Positions 1 through 9,093 of a DNA stretch of 23,373 nucleotides are shown one piece after another. The position numbers and the translations under genes are program-made. Origin of the DNA: Amoeboradix gromovi X-113 (taxonomy: Eukaryota; Fungi; Sanchytriomycota); the NCBI GenBank assembly GCA_018985225.1, contig JADGIF010000073.1:1-23373 (forward strand), read 5' to 3'. Under the pieces are notes generated by a model, which did not search any database, was not told the origin of the DNA, and was given only the letters and a program-made list of their open reading frames with translations. Each line of letters starts with the position of its first letter. The stretch's first letter is position 1.

Positions 1-171
1 AATTGCGCTTTCTTTTCATGTTTTGTAAGTGGCAATCCTCTTCTTTCAACTCTGATTGAATTGTATTTGAAATCATAAAGTCAATAGTTACCGTACAAAT
101 CTAAAATAAAGACTGGATGAAAGGGCAAAAGAATAGCAATACAGACTGTTTATTTTTGAAATTTGGATACA
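1..171 (-). mobile_element. Diverged copy of the GGGAC-TIR element interior with the start of its ORF (ATG at 76, MISNTIQSELKEEDCHLQNMKRKRN...), running off the window
   Basis: Reverse complement of 101-171 (tgtatccaaatttcaaaaaataaacagtctgtattgctattcttttgccctttcatccagtctttattttag) aligns with ~12046-12116 inside the 11908-12402 element. Frame is open from 76 to the window edge. Confidence 0.6.
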
Positions 172-287
172 TTTTTTTGTCTAGTTTTTGTAGAGCATGA
201 TGTGTTTCGGTTGTTTTTAGGACTACAAGATTGAATCCTATCATCAGTCTGCGTTAAAAAGAAGGTTCTAAGAATTTATTAGTTTCC

Positions 288-899
288 TTACCTCAGTTTC
301 TTATACTCTTCTTTCAAAGTCCACATTGAATTATAAGGTCCTCTTTTAATCAGCTCGCCAATTTCAGGTAGTATCTCTTTTAAGTAGCTTGCACTTTGAT
401 CTGTCTGTTCTACTAAGCTCTTCATACTGGCGTACTCAGTCTTTTCAAATAATCTAAACAACAAATCCAACACGCTTGATTTCGGCAATCTGATTCGTTT
501 TTCGTCATCCTTCCTCATTCCTTTTTTGGTTTCTTTTCCGAAATCATCCGCATGATAAGTCTGCTTTATCTCTCTTCCACTGATCATTGTTTGTTTTTGT
601 TGTTCAGCCTGTAATCTTCTCTTTTTCATAACGTTCCGGTATCTCTGCCCCATCTCTGGCTGCAATGCGCACTCTGTTGTTATATTAAATTGTACCCCAT
701 CCTCGTTAAAGCAATACATGTTCTCTGATTTAGTTGTGGTTATTTGCAATTTATACTCCAGTGGCAACTCGTCATGTTTAATGGACAGGCTGCCCTGTTT
801 GTCCATAAATTTTAGTTCTCCCAACTCTTCCTTGTTCTTTTTTGACTCCCATTCCTTCAACAAGAATCGTGGCACTTTGACCAGCCATGCATTTTGCAT
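288..899 (-). CDS. TFG2: Transcription initiation factor IIF beta subunit (RAP30/Tfg2), ~203 aa
   Basis: N-terminal AWLVKVPRFL..EW and C-terminal winged helix LLFRLFEK..YASMKSLVEQTDQS.SYLKEIL.EIG...KRGPYNSMWTLKEEYK. Start uncertain (899, 929 or 950). Confidence 0.92.
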   Translation of the reverse strand: MQNAWLVKVPRFLLKEWESKKNKEELGELKFMDKQGSLSIKHDELPLEYKLQITTTKSENMYCFNEDGVQFNITTECALQPEMGQRYRNVMKKRRLQAEQQKQTMISGREIKQTYHADDFGKETKKGMRKDDEKRIRLPKSSVLDLLFRLFEKTEYASMKSLVEQTDQSASYLKEILPEIGELIKRGPYNSMWTLKEEYKKLR

Positions 900-1019
900 C
901 TTGTGTTTTACAATACTCCTTTTATACATAATCTTTGGAATCTTAGCCATAGCTTAGTACATGCTATTCAATATCTCTATGGCTTACAGTCTCAGCTATA
1001 ATTAAAAGCACCCTAGAGG

Positions 1020-1586
1020 AAATTTTGTAAAAAATTATTAAGACAGATTGTTTTCTGGAATAAATGATTTATCGCGAATTTGTATGCATTTTTGTATAAT
1101 TTCAAGACTTTTCTAATAGCTTGAATACTTGATATTTTTCCTTTTCGCAAATGGTAAATCAATTCTAAAGAAATAACTAGCAGGTGCAGCATACATTCAT
1201 CAACGTTGAGGAACTGGTCCAAGCATGGAAACTCCATGCCATGTACAGTATGTGGCACTCTAAAGAAACCAATTTGGAGAGCTATTCATGTACATAGTGT
1301 CATTTGGAAGTGGACATGGACCACAAGGAACAAATTCGATGCCATGTACAAGGTATGGTACTCTAAAGAAAACCAGCTTAGAACCTGAACCTGTACCAAT
1401 TGTCATTTGGAGATAGATAGAGACCATATGGCAGCAAGGACATAGACATCGAGTATCTGCATCCTTACTCAATCCCGTCTTAGGGTAGTGCAAGAGTAAG
1501 CAATCACTGTAACGGAGCATCAAGCACTGCTAGTTTCTCTGTGGAAATTCTCGATTTTCTCGGAAATCAGAACTTTTAACGAAGAG
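1020..1586 (+). mobile_element. Internally deleted IS607/Fanzor2 element, copy A
   Basis: 1158-1229 encodes INSKEITSRCSIHSSTLRNWSKHG (IS607 TnpA HTH), fused in frame to SMPCTVCG, followed by frameshifted C*CHLEVDMD and a second TCTNCHLEIDRDHMAA (TnpB Zn-finger/RuvC-III). Collinear with 9108-9545. Left boundary approximate. Confidence 0.8.
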
Positions 1587-1588
1587 AA
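1465..1588 (+). ncRNA. Candidate omegaRNA scaffold (right end of copy A)
   Basis: Lies 3' of the DRD..AA motif, is conserved with 9425-9545, and folds into a long terminal hairpin (ttctct 1535-1540 pairs agagaa 1583-1588; inner gatttt/gaaatc). Confidence 0.55.
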
Positions 1589-1705
1589 CTGCGAATGGTA
1601 AATTACGCTTCTACGCAGAAGGGTGATTGAATAATAATCCATCTAAGCATATAATTTAAGACAGTCTCTTTGCATCATGCGTCATTTACTTTCAGAACTA
1701 CAAAT

Positions 1706-1940
1706 GGGACATCAAATATAAAAACTGGACTAACTTTCTATAACAACTTGGAACATTATTTCAGCTTTATTAATTTTATGGATTTAACGAGATGCAGGGT
1801 CTTCTACTTTTATTTTGAAGAGGGGATTGAAAGCAATGAAAGAAAATTGGTATAATAGAAGATCTTTTATTAATGATAGCATTCCTCCGTATGGTGCACC
1901 TTTAAAAACGATTTAGTCTAGTTTTTATATTTGGTGTCCC
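1706..1940 (+). mobile_element. Non-autonomous TIR element (MITE-like), 235 bp
   Basis: ~28-bp TIR gggacatcaaatataaaaactggactaa / ttagtctagtttttatatttggtgtccc. Shares both arms with 7033-7449 and 11908-12402. Flanks aaat/aagt. Confidence 0.88.
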
Positions 1941-2040
1941 AAGTGACCACTTCGCAGTAACGGTGAGGTGAAAGTTAAACAAATAAATTATCCAATGAGG
2001 AAATACTCAACAGGAAACTAAAATTTGCTGTTCGCTTAGG

Positions 2041-2519
2041 CTTTCTTCCAAAAACCTACAGAGTTTCTAAGCTGGTTTTCTTTAGAGTACCACACCTTGT
2101 ACATGTCTGACTAGTAAATGACTCATTGCATTCGACCATCGTCTTTCCTCTTTGCTTACACTTGAACTTCAAGCGTTCCTTGAATGTGTAATGGGACATT
2201 GTGGCCATATTTCTTCCGAATTTCTCGACAAGCTACTTATTGTTTGACCAGTATTGAACGATGGCAAGTGTATAAGATCATATGTCTTTGTATGCTGTAC
2301 CTGCTAATTATTTCTTTAGATTTGACATATTCAGGATTACATCTATTTATTCCATTTACGATTTGCAAAAATAAAGAATATCGAGTATTTAAGCTATTGG
2401 AAAAGTCACGTAATAATACAAAAATGCATACTCATTCGCGATAAATGATTTATTCAAGAAAACAATTGAGCTGTGGAAATTCTTGAATTCTCCAAAGAAC
2501 TAGTACTTTTAATGAGGAG
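2041..2519. mobile_element. IS607/Fanzor2 element copy C with inverted interior (2062-2470 reads on the minus strand)
   Basis: Minus strand: left-end sequence shared with copies A/B, EYVKSKEIISRYSI (2332-2291), YDLIHLPSF (2282-2256), then after a frameshift RNMATMSHYTFKERLKFKCKQRGKTMVECNESFTSQTCTRCG (to 2089). Plus strand 2471-2519 is the right-end hairpin. Confidence 0.85.
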
Positions 2520-2821
2520 TTAAACAAATTTTGTTGTGGCTACTTTGACTTCTTCTTTTTGTTATGCAACGGCAAGTAAATTTCAGTTCTGGTGTTTATT
2601 GACATTGCTGAACATGTTTACTCAAACTTAGCAAAATGAATACGCTAACTCAAGTTAATTACATAGCTCAAGAACATCCTACCCTTTTCATTCTTTTCAA
2701 GGTGAAAACAAGTCAAAATGTTAGGTACATGAATTTTTATCCCTAGTCTGGTCCAAGTTTTTAATTCTTTGCACTAAAAGAGTAGGCGAATAAGCGTACC
2801 AGCGATAAAGTCGGAATTTAG

Positions 2822-4363
2822 TTATTTATTTTTAAAATACTTTCCCATTTGCCCATCCATTTCAAGAATAATTGTATTCACTAAGTCGATTTGCTCTGGA
2901 TGTAGTTTAATCATTGCCAGACTGATTAGCAAGTCATTCTCACTTGTTTTGTTGATAAATTCGCAGCAAACACTCGAGTACTCCATCAGAAATAAGTCAT
3001 CGTCCTCATCTACGAAATAAACATTCATATCTTTTACTAATCCCTGCCTTTTGCTAATCCACACGCCAATATTCTTTAAAATTGTTGAGATATTTGACTT
3101 TAAGGTTGGAAATATGGAGGAATCAATTAAGTCTGGGATCAGCTGCATTAATGCATTTCTTAGCGATTCATTCAACAGAATTGTAGTCGTGCTAAACATG
3201 TTTATTAGTACTCGACAACCACATAAGAGAGTAGGTGCTAAAACCACAATATTTTCTGATTTTGTTAGATTGTGCAGTTTATCTACTATATCACATAGTA
3301 GCGGTACGTCTGCATCACAGTCTAGCAATGTCACTCTCAAATGATCAAGAATAGGATACCAATTGACAGCATCAGTGTTCAATGCTTTTTTATAACTCTC
3401 GACATTATTGTTGGGCAACGATATCTGTAACTGCTGCAACTTCTCTTTATTCTTTGTGGCGTTGAACTGCCGATTAAAACAAAACTGACATTTGCTAACA
3501 AATTCCAAAGGAATCGGATTGGAATGAAAATCAAACAGCTGTAAGAGAGCTGTCGGATCGGCACCCATAACTCGAGATGCTGGTTGGTTATTCACTATCT
3601 TAACAAATGTAGGAACTGCCGAAATGTTGAACTTCAGCTTCGTTCCATGGCATTTGTTTGTATCGACAATAATTGCAGTTGGGTGCTGTGGTGGCTTAAA
3701 AACAGGAGAAGGATAAGGAAAATTCGCAGCATGTTCTAAAAACATTGGCTTTATTTGCGTGCATGGCGCGCAAGTTGAGGAAGTAAACATCAGGATGGCA
3801 AGTGGCAAATTTAGAGAATCAAACTGCGAATCATTCTCAAGATACACAACAGGTTTATGCTCAAAAATTGCGTCTGTCTGAACAACGGCGGACTCTAACA
3901 AATCGCTAGTTTTGTAAGTAGAATGTTGAAATGCCTGATTAATCATTGGCTCTATCATTTTTCCAAGAGGCGTATTAAGGAACTCACTAGGAAGACTAAG
4001 AATTTTAGAAGGAATAGCTTTGCCCAACAGGAACTTGCAAACTTCGTTAGTGAACGTGTTGCAGTTAAAATTTAATAAATGATAATTGGCAGCGCTAAAT
4101 CTAGATTTTATTTGATTTAGAAACTCCTTGAAAGTAGCATAGTCTATAGATGTGTTACCCATTGCTATTTCATCAATCGGTAGTCCAAAGTGGGTTTGTT
4201 TGATTTGAGCAACCGAAATACCTTGACCATAAAATATTTCACGATTAAATACTACAACCGAAGTATGGTAGATTGCCTCAATATGAGTTCCTAATAGCTG
4301 TGATGATAGTGACTTAGCTAAGCCGTTGCTTATGTCATAAACGAATAAAGTTACGGAGGTCAT
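2822..4363 (-). CDS. PPPDE/DeSI peptidase - thioredoxin - PUL domain protein, ~513 aa
   Basis: VTLFVYDISNGLA, catalytic IYHTS and NCNTF, thioredoxin FTSSTCAPC and AVPTF, PUL-like WYPILDHLR. ATG 4363 preferred over the upstream TTG. Confidence 0.9.
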   Translation of the reverse strand: MTSVTLFVYDISNGLAKSLSSQLLGTHIEAIYHTSVVVFNREIFYGQGISVAQIKQTHFGLPIDEIAMGNTSIDYATFKEFLNQIKSRFSAANYHLLNFNCNTFTNEVCKFLLGKAIPSKILSLPSEFLNTPLGKMIEPMINQAFQHSTYKTSDLLESAVVQTDAIFEHKPVVYLENDSQFDSLNLPLAILMFTSSTCAPCTQIKPMFLEHAANFPYPSPVFKPPQHPTAIIVDTNKCHGTKLKFNISAVPTFVKIVNNQPASRVMGADPTALLQLFDFHSNPIPLEFVSKCQFCFNRQFNATKNKEKLQQLQISLPNNNVESYKKALNTDAVNWYPILDHLRVTLLDCDADVPLLCDIVDKLHNLTKSENIVVLAPTLLCGCRVLINMFSTTTILLNESLRNALMQLIPDLIDSSIFPTLKSNISTILKNIGVWISKRQGLVKDMNVYFVDEDDDLFLMEYSSVCCEFINKTSENDLLISLAMIKLHPEQIDLVNTIILEMDGQMGKYFKNK

Positions 4364-4618
4364 GTTTGAAAATTGATATCTTAAATCAGCTAAATAAGCG
4401 GTATTTTCCTTGAATAAATCTTTTATTGCAATTAAACGACTGTGATAGCTCAAACAGTTGATTTTTCAGATATTCCCGATTAAAGAAAAAGAAGAGAATG
4501 AAAACAGTTTTGAGCGACTTGTTTGCAAGAAGTTCAGAAATCTTTTGGTGTATCCACATTTCCTAAAAAGAGATCCTCTCTTGCGTTGTGTCTTATCCAT
4601 TTTTAGAGCTTCAAACTA

Positions 4619-5122
4619 GAGATATGCCACTATGAAACCAGTCTAATATTTAAAAACAAATGTCTCAGAAAACTTGTCAAGTAGAGAGGTCCCACACCTT
4701 ATCGTCTTTACGTCAAGCTAATAACGTTAACTGGATTTTCTTCATGTATTCCAAACTCAGATACAGGTGATAGGAATGTCTTCTGCCATATACATACACT
4801 AGAATTTCTTTTGAGATATTGAAAGTGTCGTTCTCGGTGTTACGACATTCTTTACCCAAGTAAATTTCTTTATTATCGCTGTCAATCTCTGTAATCTATA
4901 TCTGTAGCAATATAATTCTCAGTGCAAGCTCTACACGTCAGATTCAGCTAGTTTACTTAAGCTAATGTTATTGGTGAGTTAAGGTAAGTGAAATAGTTAT
5001 ATCGAACTTGTACATTATGATTTTGGTGCTTTTTGACGAATATTTGAAATTCTAATTGGTTTTATCTTTTGTATAATGTCTTCCCCTTTTACCCTCTGTC
5101 TACTTTTGATAGAGCATGTCCC
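4619..5122 (-). mobile_element. Degenerate GRGAY-TIR element with Fanzor1-like relic motifs
   Basis: Imperfect TIR gagatatgccactatgaaa / rc gggacatgctctatcaaaa. Right end resembles 18740-18758. Minus-strand motifs in order: YIATDIDYR (4914-4888), ILVYVYG (4805-4785), PVSEFG (4767-4750), WD..FLRHL (from 4694). Confidence 0.5.
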
Positions 5123-5164
5123 AGATGTCCCTCCTTGAGGTTTTAAAGTTGAAGTTCCTGAAAA

Positions 5165-5980
5165 ATGTCATTTCAGCAATTTTATGCTATTTCATCACAA
5201 CAAGACTGCTTAAATACATGCCAGCAAAGTGATTGTCAGGGATACAAATGGGATGCGTCTGGTAATTGTTACTTGTACTTTTTAGTAGGAAATTCCTCGA
5301 TTTCGATAATAGGAAGTAGGGAGGGTAAGATTCCAGAGGTACCTGATTTCACGTCTAGTACAACGCAGTGTATAGCCAGTGCATGTAATGCTGTAAAAAC
5401 TACAGATTTATATGATTTCAATAAATGCGTTCAGGATTGCAAAGACGATTCAGATTGCACAGGGTTTGCAGCTGGTGATAATCAACAATATTGCACGCTT
5501 TTTAAGAGCAGCGGAACTCCGCAGACATTTACTGGTTATACATTTAACAAGAAAAAAGCAGATTCAGTTCCGATTACTAGCAATACACTTCCAATTATAA
5601 TTGGAGTAATAGCCGCAGTTGTAGTATTTATCTCTATAATTGTCTTCATAATGATCAAACGACTAAAGAAGCCAATTGGAAAGCAAGTTTATCAGCCAGA
5701 AAGTGAAAGAGATTTTTATGATCGACCTCTATCTTTTCAGGATCCACGAAACAGTGTCATCAGTTCTGAAGAGCCTTTTCTACCCAGACCCCTATCACAT
5801 GTAGCGTCTAATACATCTAACAATTCGAAATTCCAAATAAGGAATGCAACTTATAATGATTTATGGAGTACAAGTAATTCGATGGACAGAAATAATAAGG
5901 TGCCAATTCCTGGAATAGACACTAGCATGCACATTGACTACCATTTGAGTAGAGAGGATAACCCAAGCACTGATGAATAA
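5165..5980 (+). CDS. Single-pass membrane protein with two PAN/apple-like Cys modules
   Basis: Two CxxxC...C.G(Y/F).....C.L modules, TM helix IIIGVIAAVVVFISIIVFIMI followed by KRLKK, low-complexity cytoplasmic tail. Confidence 0.7.
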   Translation: MSFQQFYAISSQQDCLNTCQQSDCQGYKWDASGNCYLYFLVGNSSISIIGSREGKIPEVPDFTSSTTQCIASACNAVKTTDLYDFNKCVQDCKDDSDCTGFAAGDNQQYCTLFKSSGTPQTFTGYTFNKKKADSVPITSNTLPIIIGVIAAVVVFISIIVFIMIKRLKKPIGKQVYQPESERDFYDRPLSFQDPRNSVISSEEPFLPRPLSHVASNTSNNSKFQIRNATYNDLWSTSNSMDRNNKVPIPGIDTSMHIDYHLSREDNPSTDE

Positions 5981-6044
5981 ATTATTATTTTAAAACCTTA
6001 GCGCTCAATAACTCGTTGGGGTTTTATTCTACTCTCCTTGAAAT

Positions 6045-6863
6045 ATGAACATTCCCATCTTATTCCCAGCGTCATTGAAAGAAGAGATATTGAACCTAAA
6101 AAACAAGGGAATGTTTCTCAGAATTAGAGATGACGAATTCTACAAGGATAATGACTTACTGGATAAATCCAATTTAAATATTACCCAAAATGGTTTTATT
6201 CTATACCAAGACAAATCTTTGTTTATATACAATTTTGTACCTGATAATGCATCTGTGAAAGATAAGCTATTGTATGCAAATGGTGAAATGATTTTATTAA
6301 AGGAACTGGGCACTCACGTTGTTTTTATAAACAAACTAACAGATGCTACTTTTGAGAAGTCTTTTGATGAAAAGGTTTTAACTCATGATGAATTGCATAA
6401 GCAGCAAGTTAGAAAAGAAGAGATGCTAATGGATATGTCTAGAATTAAATTAGTTGGAAGTGGAATTCCATTCAGTTTAACTTCTGAATTACAAAATCAT
6501 TTGAATAGTGAAGCTATCTTGATGACTATCAAAGACGAGACTGTTGGGTTATACAAGTCAGTTAATTCTTTCACTGAGTTTATCACTGCTTTAAAAGAGT
6601 CCCAAATACCAATGTATGGCTATTTTAACGAAACTAAACTTTTTATTTCATACTGCCCCGAATCTGCTGGCGTAAAGGATAGAATGCTCTTTACCACTGC
6701 TAAAAATCACGTCCAATCTTTTTTTCCTAAAGATATCAACAAAATTGAAGCCAGTGCTGCCGAAGAGTTACCGGCATCTGAAGAACAGGAGGAATTGCAA
6801 CAGGAAGCAGTCAATCAACAGCGTAGAAAAGTGGCTGCACCAGGAAAGCGAAGACTTCTTTAA
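6045..6863 (+). CDS. TWF1: Twinfilin (two ADF-H domains)
   Basis: FVPDNASVKDKLLYA and YCPESAGVKDRMLFTTAK ADF-H motifs; basic tail APGKRR. Confidence 0.85.
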   Translation: MNIPILFPASLKEEILNLKNKGMFLRIRDDEFYKDNDLLDKSNLNITQNGFILYQDKSLFIYNFVPDNASVKDKLLYANGEMILLKELGTHVVFINKLTDATFEKSFDEKVLTHDELHKQQVRKEEMLMDMSRIKLVGSGIPFSLTSELQNHLNSEAILMTIKDETVGLYKSVNSFTEFITALKESQIPMYGYFNETKLFISYCPESAGVKDRMLFTTAKNHVQSFFPKDINKIEASAAEELPASEEQEELQQEAVNQQRRKVAAPGKRRLL

Positions 6864-7032
6864 TAAATATCTCTGATCTCTTCAAATACCTTTGAAACGT
6901 TCTAAAAGCAGCTCTGTATTATTTAAACGTTTCGATAGTTTATAAATTAATCTAAACGCTTTCTAATAAGAATGTGTGTAGCTAATGTTCTTAATTCTTC
7001 ATTATCCTTTTTAATCCTCTAGGTTTGCATAT

Positions 7033-7449
7033 GAGACATCAAATATAAAAACTGGACTAACTTTCTGTAACAACTTGAACATTATTTCAGCTTTGTTAAT
7101 TTTATGGATTTAAGAGGCGAGTGGACATTCAGCTAGTTGCGGAGTTGACGAGTATAAAAGGAAAATAAATAACTTTTTGTATCGAAATTTGAAAAATAAA
7201 TATTCTGTACAGCTATTCTCTTGCGGAGTTGATGAGTATGAAAGGAAAATAAACCTCTGATTCATAATATTAATTCATAGTACTATTTGAACGAGATGCA
7301 GGGTCTTCTAGTTTTATTTTGAAAAGAGGAATACAATCAATGAAAGAATCTTGGTATAACAGAAGAAGATCTTTTATTAATGATAGCATTTCCTCAATAT
7401 GGTGCACCTCCTTTAAAGACGAGTTAGTCTAGTTTATATTTGGTGTCCC
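7033..7449 (+). mobile_element. Non-autonomous TIR element, 417 bp, with perfect ATAT target-site duplication
   Basis: gagacatcaaatataaaaactggactaa...ttagtctagtttatatttggtgtccc; ATAT at 7029-7032 and 7450-7453; internal 33-bp direct repeat at 7137-7169 and 7221-7253. Confidence 0.9.
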
Positions 7450-8141
7450 ATATACAATATTCACATCAAAAATGACAAGATCGATGTCAATGTTCAGCTT
7501 CAAGAAACCAAATTGCTATAGTTATGCAACATTCTGTTACCACTATAAATGAGATTCTAGACTACATTAGTTTCGAATGAATGCAGATCATACTTTGAAG
7601 TTCCTTAATTTGTATTGAAACATTGGATTGGTTCTAATTGAATGAACCATTTATGGTGATTACACGAGCTATAAAAATACAATCTTCTATGTTTGGAGAC
7701 TAGTCCAAGAATCGAAAGTTACGAGGCTCTAAGATCAGCAAAGAGATCTTTATGTAATTTTTAGCTTTTAAAATCCCTTGGTATTTACACATCTTCCTAA
7801 AAGAGATCATTACTCGATCCCGCTTCATGGAGGTGGAAGCGTTATCGACAGCTGTGACGGAGCGATTGGCTCTGCTTCTCTGTAGAAGCTCTTAATATTC
7901 TCGCAAATCAGGGCCTCTATTAAGTAGTCTACTATTCTTCATTCATGTTCGCATTCAAGTTATTTCGTGGTGTCTTATTTTGCACCAAGACAAGGAGTGC
8001 ACATATTTCAAACTAACAAAAGGACTCTTGAGACAAGGAAAATCAGTGATCTCCATACAGCACAATCGAGATGGCGCTTTTACCTTTGCCATGCCGTTTT
8101 TCGAGTACTTAATACTTGGTCTGGTTAGGTTCACACGGAAG

Positions 8142-9071
8142 TTATACAATCAGTTTACTAAAAATACCAGCTAATGCAGCGGCAAATGACAACTTCAAGT
8201 TTCCCATCAAGTCTAGAGGTACACCAACAAACAAGCTCGAGAATCCATATTTTACAACTACTGTCCACCCCAGTCTAAAACCCAAGTCTATTATGTCTAC
8301 ACTATCGCATCCCATCAAATACGCTTCCAAACCAACGGTGCCGACCGTGGGAGTAGCTAGATCACTGTTTTTAGTGCCAAAATACAGACTTAGTAACCAA
8401 ACCACCAAAACCGAGAGATCCCTATCAAATAAATTCAAGTTGTACATAAATGACATATTTGCCATGTAGTTGAACAGATTCAGATGGCTTAATGCGCTCA
8501 GTGGGCCATCCACATAGCTTCCAAAGAAGGCTGTTATTGCAGCCATTATTATTAGATTTGTTCTTCTTTTCAATACAACTCTTAATAAATATAGCATTAG
8601 AGTCAAAAGCATTAGCCATAGAGCATCTTTTATGTATATTTCCCATTCCATTCCGTTATACCATTCATACCACTTTGGTTGCTTACAAGCAATAAATATT
8701 TGATGCGCGATTTTCTCTAACGAAAGGTTCAGCTGGCTCACATAACTAGATAGCATGTCACTCCAAACAGGTTTGAATGCAATGACTTTGAAGGATTGTT
8801 GTTGAAACTGGTTAAACCATTCAGATACGAAGTAGCCGTAGTTGTCTACAAAAGGCAGTATCATCTTCAGGTAAGCCAAAAAAGGCACATCGTTCAGTAT
8901 GTATATTTTGCCGCATACTCCAACAATCAATTTATCGCAAATCAGCAATTGAGCAATTCCTAGGTTTAATGGACGGCCTTTGCAATACGCACTCAGATCC
9001 TTGGGAATCGGTTTAGTAACATACAAGACGTATAAAAGTAAAGCAATCCAGATCACCTCCCTTGCTATCAT
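8142..9071 (-). CDS. Multi-pass membrane protein, probable inactive rhomboid-like protein
   Basis: LSALSHLNLFNYMANM (rhomboid H..N motif), PTVGTVG in place of GASG, and SFAAALAG in place of AHLGG. Confidence 0.5.
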   Translation of the reverse strand: MIAREVIWIALLLYVLYVTKPIPKDLSAYCKGRPLNLGIAQLLICDKLIVGVCGKIYILNDVPFLAYLKMILPFVDNYGYFVSEWFNQFQQQSFKVIAFKPVWSDMLSSYVSQLNLSLEKIAHQIFIACKQPKWYEWYNGMEWEIYIKDALWLMLLTLMLYLLRVVLKRRTNLIIMAAITAFFGSYVDGPLSALSHLNLFNYMANMSFMYNLNLFDRDLSVLVVWLLSLYFGTKNSDLATPTVGTVGLEAYLMGCDSVDIIDLGFRLGWTVVVKYGFSSLFVGVPLDLMGNLKLSFAAALAGIFSKLIV

Positions 9072-9093
9072 AAATAATTATCGTACAAAGGGG

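Noticed and set aside
1013-1523. Minus-strand ORFs 1013-1258 and 1260-1523 (and 9141-9335) sharing IQAIRKVLKLYKNAY
   Set aside because: They are antisense readings of the IS607 repeat; the real coding signal is on the plus strand.
2193-2200. gggacatt as another TIR start
   Set aside because: It is the antisense of the Fanzor2 MSHY codons and has no partner end.
2184-2444. 86-aa plus-strand ORF
   Set aside because: Antisense to the TnpA/Fanzor2 relic of copy C.
7137-7253. 33-bp direct repeats as a mini CRISPR array
   Set aside because: Only two imperfect units inside a TIR element and no cas genes; a local duplication.
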